Assembly (NCBI RefSeq): GCF_000150275.1
Contig: NW_002060944.1
Coordinates: 8,136,735-8,200,734 of the forward strand
From: Trichoplax adhaerens
Taxonomy: Eukaryota; Animalia; Placozoa
Reading direction: 5' to 3'
DNA: 64,000 nucleotides
Part shown: positions 54,371 through 64,000 of the stretch, one piece after another
Layout of the letters: the number at the start of each line of letters is the position of its first letter
How positions within the stretch are numbered: position 1 is the first letter of the stretch
The notes under the pieces: generated by a model
Seen by the model: the letters and a program-made list of their open reading frames with translations, nothing else
Told to the model about the DNA's origin: nothing
Databases searched by the model: none
Made by a program: the position numbers and the translations under genes

Positions 54371-56573
54371 CGGGCCTAGTTAATATAACACCGATGGACT
54401 CTGATAGCTAGTGTAAATGTCTTAAAGGATGATATACCACTCTGACTGTCAAAGCGGTATATGATCCTATCTTTGAAGACATTTACGCCAACTATCACTG
54501 CTGAAAGGAAACGGCAAATAAGCAGACAATCATCTGAATGTTGATTTTTTAGAACCTTGGTTGATACCAAGCGGTCATACACTCCGCTTAACATGTCCGC
54601 GAAAATAAGTTACAGCCATAATTATTAAGGAACTAGAACGCAAAGCACAGACAAGCATGTTAATGCAGATCTTTCGTACACTTTGCTGAAATATCCTAGC
54701 TACCGTGCTCTATCACAGCCTACTCCTGGTGATCCACATGGATTGAAAAGCACCAGCAATCATCCTCATGTCGTTACTTGGCCATGGACTACTATGACTT
54801 GACAGATACGGTACAGACTGTGTAATCTATGACACTATTGAGTTTCTCAATTCTTCCTACAGTCACCAAAATAATTATTATTTATTTACGATGTGCAAGT
54901 TGCCTACAACATGACTTCAAGCTTGTGGAATTGGAGGGTTTAGTGTCCATTTTTGAAAAGCTATCTCAAAATTGGTCAAGGATCCCTTTCCATTTTCCCG
55001 ATGTCTGTCCATCTTGCATCCGTTGCCTTGAGCCTTGTACAGTTACTGTACTGATGTATCACCATAATATCACTGGATTTGACTGTATTCTAGGGGTGGA
55101 AAAAGAGTCTGGCCAGAGTGCCCAGATGTCGCTGCCACTCTCTTAGTATGCTAATAATGATTGGTAAGAAAGGAAATACTGGAGTATTGGCTCAACTCAA
55201 GTCTATAGCCAGCGATGTGATGTATGCGTATTTTGAGCATCAAAACCATAATCGCCTCCAAGTGATCGCAGTGAGGTTGAAGACGAATGGAATCTTAGCA
55301 TTTGCAGGTATGCGGAGTGATATATTTATAAACATTGTGCCCTATTACCAGCTACTGTACCAGTAAGGACATATAGATTAATTATTGAGAATTAAATTGT
55401 AAATCTCCGATGGATGCAGTTGATAAAGTCCATTGTATAGTAGTAACGCGATGACATGGATGAGCCATCGAGGTATAATGAATGATTACATTATTGTACG
55501 ATATGGAAAGTGTGCTGTAGAGATTGCTTAGTAATGGATTACCCAACTATAATCCTACTGAATGATGAGTCTATGCTCCTACTAAATTATGAGTTTATGC
55601 TGGTACAAATGATCAAATTCTACTAAAATTACAAATAAATTTATTTGCTCGCATTGCCCCTATCTAGTAGAGTGGGCATTATGGATACAGCGTAGGTAGG
55701 TGATAAAATAGGCTTTTAAAGTGATCGATGATTTTGTAGCGAGAATTTTACTTTGGGTCCATAAGAATAAAAGAATATACCAGAAAATGGAGTATAGACT
55801 TACGTATGTCGTATACTATGCACGTTCATTGAAAATCGAACAACGGCTACACTCTCAATATTGTGTCCATACTGTATAGCGATTGCATGCCTGCTGTTTG
55901 ATGAAACAAACAATTTAGCATTGTTGGCTGTAAGAAAGTATAGGCTGAAACTGATTAATATTAATACATGAATACATTGCATGAATATTCTTGAAGAGCT
56001 ATCAATCATTATGTCCACTATTGGTATCTGCTTTTAGGTTTTGAGCTATCAACAGATAGTTCATGACGAACTTACCACCGAGAGTTACTAGTAGCACAAA
56101 CCCTAAATGCTTATGTAGAACATTATTCCTGTACGACGTACAGGAAAGTAAAGAGTGAGGAGTGTTTATCAAAGGTCGTCTGGAAATGTCAACATTCAAT
56201 ACTAGAGTCATATCAAATCTTTATCTTAGACACCTGTTAATGAAAGAGATAACTTTCTAATATTGTAGTCCTTTCTCAAATCAGATGTAAATCAATAGAT
56301 AAATTCACGATGCAATACTGAAAATTAGTTTGCTTTGGATACAGTGTGTAGTGCGCACCATAATTATAGAGTATACAGTGGCGTCAATTGCATAGGCTAT
56401 GATATCATGTTTCATGACCTAATTTATTATTTCAATAATATCATTATAGGCCCTGGTCATACATTTATTGCATTCACTGTAATTTCCCATATTGATCTAT
56501 ACGAATTACGAAAGAAGTTGCAAAATTTTAATATTGGCCCTCTAGAGTGCATTTAGTAATTGAAAAGTTAATC

Positions 56574-57156
56574 ATGCATCCACCGTTAGCTGCTCACTTA
56601 CATGAAAAGAAATGTCAACTTATTATCCAGCAATTAAGTGATTGCCATGTAGAGGTAATCCGAACCTTATTGTAAATGATGTAGATTGTTTGCTTTACTT
56701 GCTGTTTTTAGGAAATGAGCTCATAGGTACTATTTAAAAGGTGTAAATAAACAACCTGCGTACTTTTATTCAATTTTATCCTTATCATAGCATCCAGTAG
56801 CAAAATTCCTTGGTAAATGCAACGATATAAAACTAGCATTGAATGCGTGTCTACAAGAAGAGGTAATGTACTGCATACGTTTCTTCTGCTATAGTACATC
56901 GCATATCCCTGTTGTATCATAAAATGAATCAGCTTTAATTGCACGAGTGTGCTCTACAGTTCAGCATAATTTTCAATATTTCAAATCATATCGTTTGTTC
57001 TGATGCACAGCTGTGTATCTAGCTATACAAGATTTAAATTAACTGATGATTGATTCAATTTATTCCTTGTGATAGTACGAGAGTAGACGTCGACTCAATC
57101 ATGAAGAAGCTAAAAAGAGAAGAGAGAAATGGCTAAACTCAAGTGACTCTCTATAG
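56574..57156 (+). CDS. CMC2: COX assembly mitochondrial protein 2 (twin-Cx9C family), 77 aa, exons 56574-56654, 56791-56862, 57076-57156
   Basis: MHPPLAAHLHEKKCQLIIQQLSDCHVE|HPVAKFLGKCNDIKLALNACLQEE|YESRRRLNHEEAKKRREKWLNSSDSL*. Two Cx9C motifs and the MHPxLxxHLH / KFxGxCND signature of CMC2; phase-0 GT-AG introns. Confidence 0.93.
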
Positions 57157-58822
57157 GGTTAAAAACATAATATTGTATAATAAATAGATATAATTACAAT
57201 TATTGGACAATTGAAATCTAAGTTGATTGAATTTATGAAATCTTTTGTGCCTATGAAATCAATTACTGTACATCTGAGTACGTGGATAACTGTAGAAGAT
57301 GTTAATACCGAATAATAAAACGAATTATAAGTTCGTATATCATTTTAAGTTACAGCAACATGATTACGTTGATTTTTATGCGTGTAAAGATGAGATATGG
57401 CAATAACACCTAGCAGAATTAGCTACCATAGTCTTGTATGAATTACAACTAAAATCCATGTACTGTGTGTGGATGTACCCAGACGATAGCCAGCAAGCAA
57501 GTATGCAAGCATGCTGAATCCATATACAGTATACAGTAAAAGATATCACCATTTATAATTTGGAGTATTTCAGCTTTAGAAAAAGTCGGTCGATTCAGAA
57601 TCGACTGTCTGCGTCCATACCGGAGTGTTTGGCACAATTTGTTGACAAAATGATGCCAAATGTCTGTCCGTCCAAATGGTATTTCTAAACGAGTCTATAC
57701 AGTACCCTATAAGGTGTAAAACGGATGTCGTCTAAAATGTCTACGCCACAGTGTAAACGACATCTAACCTATGACATCTGTTTTCACCATCAGTAAAAGG
57801 ACTCTGTTACACATGCAGGGACGACTGTCTACTATACTGTACTGTATATTTATTTACAGTTGGAATAAATGACGCTACATTCAGTTTTATTTTAACTAAT
57901 GGCACCATAATGTACTGATCAGCTTCGAATTAATTAATAGTTTAGTTTGTTCATCGGCAATGCATGTGTTATACTGTACTACTACTTTATTTTAATTTGA
58001 GAGTGCGGTACAAATTCAGTAGTAAACAATCGACATTAGTATAGTGTACATATAGTACTGTACAGTACTATAGCGTACCGTATTGACTATACTACCAGTA
58101 TGGAACGATACTGCAATACGCTACTCCGAACTGCGCATGAGACGCTTCAAAATTTTAGGCGGGAGAACGATGAGTTTATTGTTGATAGCTCTAAGTTGAT
58201 ATAACTAAAACTGCTCCATATTATCACCCAATACAAGAGAATTTTACTTCAGAAGGACAATCTGCAGAAACAGATATACCGAACTGATCCATTTTCTATC
58301 CTTACACAAATTTATTTTACATTACTCTACTAGCGTTACTAATTTTCAATAATTTCAATATTATATCGTGCATATGCGAGTACATCAAGTTTTCTTCAAG
58401 TGACGCTAAATACTGTTGAAAGAGCACAGAAAATGGGTTAAAAGTTTAGACTATTCAACAGTTTAGCTAATTCGAATACAATGCAGAGTCTACATTTATA
58501 TTCTACAGGTTTCACAAAGTTTTATATCGCACGCATACTATTTGCAAACAAAATATGCCGTCTAATCCGTATACAGTACGTCGCTCAAAATGCTCAGAAA
58601 CCAGATTATACTATAGTAAATGGAGTCATTCGCACTGATTGATTCTAGATGTTAATACGGATAGCGATATCGGTATTCAATGTTTTACAAACTATTCGAA
58701 CAGTAGGCAATAGTTCTACTGATCCGGAAAAAAATAGAAAGTTAAAAAACTGCATACTATATAAGGTAATTTTGCAACGGCATGCCCAATTTATCGAATA
58801 AATTGACTTTCGATAAAAATGT

Positions 58823-58838
58823 GGCTTTGAAAAAAGCC
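58823..58838 (-). terminator. Histone 3' stem-loop (GGCTTT-TTTC-AAAGCC)
   Basis: 16 nt hairpin 61 nt after the H1 stop, with a 6 bp stem and TTTC loop, flanked by CAAC and ACA. It differs from canonical GGCTCTTTTCAGAGCC by one compensatory pair. Confidence 0.9.
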
Positions 58839-58899
58839 GTTGTGGAAAAAGAATTTAGATAATGTTAAGAAGTGATGGAAGTAAATAGGTGTTGATAAT

Positions 58900-59472
58900 T
58901 TATTTCTTGGCGGTCTTTTTAGGCTTGACAACCTTCTTGGCGGGTTTAGCCTTTGACTTCTTAGCCTTGTCCTTCTTGGTGGTAGTCTTTTTAGGAGTGG
59001 ATTTCTTGGTTGTAGGCTTCTTGGCAGCTTTCTTGGCTGGCTTCTTGTCTTTCTTAGCAGCTGGTTTCTTTGCCGCTTTCTTAGGTGAAGCAGCCTTCTT
59101 GGTTTTAGGCTTGGTCTTTTTGGCGGGTTTCTTGGCTGCAGGCTTCTTCTTAACGACCTTCTTCTTTTTGGGTTTTTCAACCTTCTTGACTAATTTGAAG
59201 GATCCACTAGCACCTAATCCCTTGGTGTGGATTAAAGTACCACTGGTAACACCTCGCTTTAAAGCAAGCTTGATGTGAGTTGAAGCACTTGTTTCAGAGA
59301 TTTTATAATTGGCAGTGATCCATTTGGAGATGGCTTGACGAGAAGAGCCACTACGTTCATTAAGAGCGCGGATGGCTGCTGAAATCATCTCAATATACTT
59401 GGGATGGGCTGGTGCAACCTTAGGCTTGCTTACCTTCTTGGCTGGGGCAGCTGCGGCTTGGTCGGAACTCAT
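58900..59472 (-). CDS. H1: Linker histone H1, H1.0/H5-like, intronless, 190 aa
   Basis: Globular domain HPKYIEMISAAIRALNERSGSSRQAISKWI...IKLALKRGV...TKGLGASGSFKL, then a K/A/P-rich tail with SPKK and TPKK. Confidence 0.97.
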   Translation of the reverse strand: MSSDQAAAAPAKKVSKPKVAPAHPKYIEMISAAIRALNERSGSSRQAISKWITANYKISETSASTHIKLALKRGVTSGTLIHTKGLGASGSFKLVKKVEKPKKKKVVKKKPAAKKPAKKTKPKTKKAASPKKAAKKPAAKKDKKPAKKAAKKPTTKKSTPKKTTTKKDKAKKSKAKPAKKVVKPKKTAKK

Positions 59473-59550
59473 AGTGAAATAACTTTCTTGTTACTGAGAG
59501 TGCGCTTGACGACAAATAAGTAACTAAGTGATCGGGTTGGTGTGCACGCC

Positions 59551-59595
59551 TTTATATAGCCAACATGCGGACCTAATCGGAGGCAGTGTTGTTGA
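59551..59595 (-). promoter_or_regulatory. H1 promoter: TATA box, H4-site-II-like GGTCC element, H1-box-like element
   Basis: Minus strand reads tcAACAACACtgcctCCGATTAGGTCCGCatgttggcTATATAAA; the TATA box is at 59551-59558. Confidence 0.6.
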
Positions 59596-62500
59596 GGGTG
59601 TGGATCATTCATCCTTAGAGCATCATGGCGTCAGGTTTGTGCTTCTTCTTCGTGCGGCGATCATGATTTTAATCGTTTTAATTTGATAGAATGATGCTAG
59701 TTTTAGGTTAAAATATGCAATGGATGCTATTGTTTTGCATTGTAGGTTATTTTATAATTTACTGATTAGAATTGGCAATTTATTCATTAATTTAACTTTA
59801 CATCGTCGGTCTCCATCATGGAAATTTTTGTTATAAATGTCGATTATTTCCTAAAATGACTCTACCTTGGCCAAAGTGGCATAGGAACAAGTTAGCACAC
59901 CTCTTATATCGATATTGGCAAGGATAACTTGAGGTCAATTCAACTGGATGCTAAATTAAAATTGATAATTCTGATACCAACAAACACATGTCCGGTTACC
60001 AATGGCTACCTTCCCACTGGTAACGACGTCCTCCTTCGCTCGATTTCATTTTCATCATGGACGCTTTCTCCTGTCCAATGGATAGCTCTATGGGCTATCT
60101 AAGGTTAGCAATAATCATTTTATCCATGTACAACGTATCCTAATGAAAGAAATGGCAAAATAGTCAAATTAAAGAGTCTATTTCCATTCAGTCTAATTCA
60201 TCACATAACATGGCAATTCTAGCGAGGATGGATGGACGGTAGGTTTGCCTTCAGGTTAGAACACAATTTAAAATGGCAATTAATCTTGTCCAATTTTACT
60301 TTTTATGACTTATTATGCTTTCAAATGCAACTTTGCATGATTGGTTATCCTATCAATCCATTAAAATGTTGTAATGAGTGAAATTTAGCAATCGATTTCA
60401 TCAAAACATTTGTATGGTACAAGCTTGGAAAATCGACGCATCTATTGTCACAATCGTCCAAGGTGCAAATCCTGACCAATTGAACCTTCGCTCAAAATGC
60501 TATCCTCTATAGTATTTTCATGCCATAAAGGCTACAAAATTGCGATATTCAATCATATTATGCTCGATAATGATGTAGTTTCATTATTTCATCTCATTCT
60601 AGCTAAAGAAGGAGTTGGAAATAGCTTAAATATGATTTTAATCGAATTTACCATGTCGAATCCAACTGCTGTTACGTCACGGATGCATTGATGCATCAAG
60701 CCTTGACAATAATAATGGATGATCAACAAGGCGAAATGAGAGTCTCTTAATTCCCGTTATGATTTATTTTGCCCTTAAATAGGATTTTATCTTTCTCCCT
60801 TTTATCCTGCTATAGTAGAATTCTTATAGGATTATTTTGGGGGGAGGTTTATCGTCATTTTCAGCTACATTTCCAACAAATTGGCTAATTTCAATTTTTT
60901 CAAACTGCCCCAAAATTCATTGTTGTATTGTAACGCTATTTTTTCTCTGGTGGAAAAACGCAAGGCCCAAAGTTGACATACAACAGTCATCAATAGCATT
61001 GCTAAAATTACCTTATGCAGTAGTTCTCCATCTAAGAGTGGATCAACTGATAGTTAGTTGGCCCCTTGAAGTATTTTTATCATGTCTATTAGTAAGAAAT
61101 GGGGTCATATTTTAAAGTAAACGCTCCATCGGTTAAGCCATGGGCGGATAACGTGAAAAAAAACTCGGTGACAAAACGACGCGTAACCAATCGCTTGGTG
61201 AGGAACAAAAGAGGGCAACCAAAAATGCTAGAAAGTAGAGAAAACTTTTTTAAAGTTAATCTACTTGATTGACCGAGTTGATAGGAAATTAATACTATCA
61301 ATCATGATGATTTTTATCCAATTTCTGTTTTTTGGATGCTTTGATCAACCATTTTCTTCCATCATTGAATTGATACAGTGACCCTATGTGTTTTTTCGCC
61401 AGCGAAAAAAAAAGAAAAGTCTTTTTGTCTTGGGGCAATCGGATTTTTTCACGGCATCGACGTTCGATTTCATTTTGAATTAGAACTATTTCTTGCAATG
61501 GTTCAAGGGTAAAGAATTTATAATTTTAACAAGGATAAGAGAGTTGCAATGATCGAGTGATTATTTCAATCCATTCTTATTGAATAACTTGAAAAATAGC
61601 TGTAAGAATTTCCATACCTTCCGCAACGATTTTTTTGGGGTGGGGAAAAAGTGGGTGAGAATAAATTCACTTCGCGGTCAAATTTTGGAGGGAGATCGAT
61701 ATTTTTAGTGGAAATTTTGACTTCCTCTTGTTTAAATTATTATTTTCTTACGCAGTGGATGTACTATCATCTTGTCTATGCTCGAATTGTGTCAAAACTT
61801 TCCCTATCTATTTTTCGCCATACAACAACAATTTCGCTTTTAATAAAAAACACTTTTACGCTCGACTCCATTGTTACACACGTACTTTTATGTGCAACTA
61901 TCGTCTTCTCTACGCTTGATGATATTGTCCAATAAATACTTCCTTGCTGAATATTGCTTGATAGATCAATAACTTAACTAAAATAGATTGCATTAGCTTA
62001 CAAATGTGAACAAATTGGGAATAGCTTCACGAATACTAGACACTTTTTGTTGATAGCTAAACTTCGACACCACGACATTACCATAAGGAGTGACTACTAC
62101 TACCGTTCTACTTGATATCATTTTAATTAAATTTTAAAATTATCATGTCTAAACATTGTATTTTACAATAATAAAAATTGAAATAAAAAACTATTAAAAT
62201 ATTCTTTCCTAATCGTCTCGCAATTACTGTTGATGAGTATGCATGATATCGTTTCATAGACATAAATTACGACAAGATTGGAGCTGTACTGTAGTAGATC
62301 ATTCCCGTCTGCGATAGCTTTTGACTTTGCTGTGACTAATTTTAGCAATCGCATATTGTAATCTTGCCAAGTAGTTGATCTAGTCAAAGAATTGCGTTCC
62401 TGTAGGATAGGATTGCAATCTTTTACTACATGCATGCAAAATTACCTTGCTAACTGCAATCGAGTTATACGCCTTAATGAATTATAGACGTAAAAGTAGA

Positions 62501-63149
62501 TGACTAACGGTAGGTAGAAAAATATGTTGGTTTGCATTTAATGCTCAACTGTTTCCTTACTGTCACAAAGCCGAGAAATGCTTTGAATACCTTATAATTT
62601 TCTCGACTTAGTAGCTCATAATTAACACATTTCAAATGGAAGCAGTAAAAGTAGTTGCAGGAAATAAGATGATAAACGTTTTCTTTATTCAATTGCTTAC
62701 ATAGCCATAACGAAATATCCCAAAACATCCTTCTTCGCCTACCATATATACACTAAAATTTTCTAAAACCATTGATCGATTCATCAAGGCCGTAACTGAA
62801 AACTATACCCAATACACAAACAAAAAATCTCCGGTATCATTCCAATTCGATAGTGAAGACTGAGAGGGAAAAAAGAGTTAAAAATTTCCGAACTAAACAT
62901 AATTACAGTATTTGTAATGTCGTTTAATAACGAAGGTTGAATAGAATAACTTTAATTTTCTTGATATTTTTCTGCAAATGTTGGTTTGTAAGCCGATCGG
63001 ATTGCCGTAAGAGTTGGATGGCAGACGATGAAATAAAATCGATAGCCAAATACAGTCATGTAACAACGAGTGATACATAAACTGGCATTCATGGCTACTG
63101 TGCAAGATAATAACATTAACCTAAATGCCACTAATAATTCAAATAAACA

Positions 63150-64000
63150 TTAAACAAGATCTTTATCTTCTAAGTAACGATACTCGAAGGTAAAGCCTTC
63201 TTTCTTCCGTTGTTGCCACTTTTCAAAATCGAAATAAACGTAAGTTCCCTAAATTAAAGTTTTGATAACAATAAATTCATGTAGTGAGTACTACAATATG
63301 TATAATAATGTATATATATATACATTAGGCTGATGGAGTTATGAATAGCCTGTCATTTATAAGATTGAATGAACATTCCTCTAGTGTACAGTAAACAGAA
63401 TGAAAGGCAATTCGATTAAAATAGTCTCTGTACCTGTTCGAATTCTTCTGTAATCTGCTTAGGCTCTTCGTGACGTTGAAACCACATCATGTACTTGGTA
63501 TGAAATCTCCATGACAACTTTTTCAAAGCCTTAGCTGCTAAATACTGGGCTCTTGTTCCCTGCAATAGAATACCATGCATTATAATTTGCAAATAAAGCA
63601 AACTGAATAATATACTTCATTCTCGCTTAAATTAATGTACTAACTTCAAGATAGTAAAAGATAAAGAATAACGACTCTGGATGTAAGCGTTGAAAGTACT
63701 CAAAAGAATCTGAATGTGCAGGTGGATTTAGATAATGATACGCTGGGATTGGACATGGATTCTTTGGTAGGTATGTTCTACGAGTATAAGAATTTAGACA
63801 TAGAGTCACAAATATTAATAAAGCCAGTAACCCCTTAAATCAAATAGTTACATATAAAGTGGCCAATTTTTTGAATCAAGATATGTTGCCACCATACCTA
63901 ACACGGTGAGAGTCAATGGGTTGAGGAATATGATGATAAGCCGATTCTAACATTGCAAGTTGATAGCATTTCTCCTTATTTAAAGGTACAGGTCCAAGAG
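63150..64000 (-). CDS. CNOT3: CCR4-NOT subunit 3, 3' exons (NOT box), 5'-partial
   Basis: [14 protein letters not shown]...[18 protein letters not shown]|[42 protein letters not shown]|[35 protein letters not shown]. Confidence 0.97.

Noticed and set aside
54720-55370. Coding or transposase relic (105 aa and 82 aa ORFs)
   Set aside because: No recognisable motif in any frame I translated; could still be a decayed element.
58130-58170. Cell-cycle promoter (TTCAAA + GGCGGGA, TGCGCATG)
   Set aside because: Spacing is not canonical CDE/CHR and no associated gene could be found.
58791-59278. ORFs of 129 aa overlapping H1 (alternative frame and antisense)
   Set aside because: Shadow frames caused by the Lys/Ala/Pro codon bias of H1.

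Overview
AT-rich, intron-dense animal genomic DNA. The short GT-AG introns and the protein sequences suggest an early-branching metazoan, probably a placozoan such as Trichoplax (inference). Recognisable genes, left to right: the 5' three-quarters of DNA-PKcs (PRKDC, minus, running off the left edge), a two-exon coiled-coil + death-domain gene (+), PTCD1 (-) head-to-head with ACTR8 (+), ADSL (-), a 12-exon gene absent from the ORF track that ends in three tandem C2HC half-LIM-like zinc fingers (+), an orphan 2-TM protein (-), CMC2 (+, 3 exons, also absent from the ORF track), a solitary H1.0-like linker histone with a histone stem-loop (-), and the 3' end of CNOT3 (-). Intergenic DNA holds a palindrome-rich higher-order repeat upstream of PRKDC, several degenerate ~130-150 bp tandem duplications and clusters of TACAGTA/TACTGTA. 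The most novel-looking elements are the death-domain protein, the triple-finger protein and the structured repeat. No prokaryotic-type system (CRISPR etc.) is supported.
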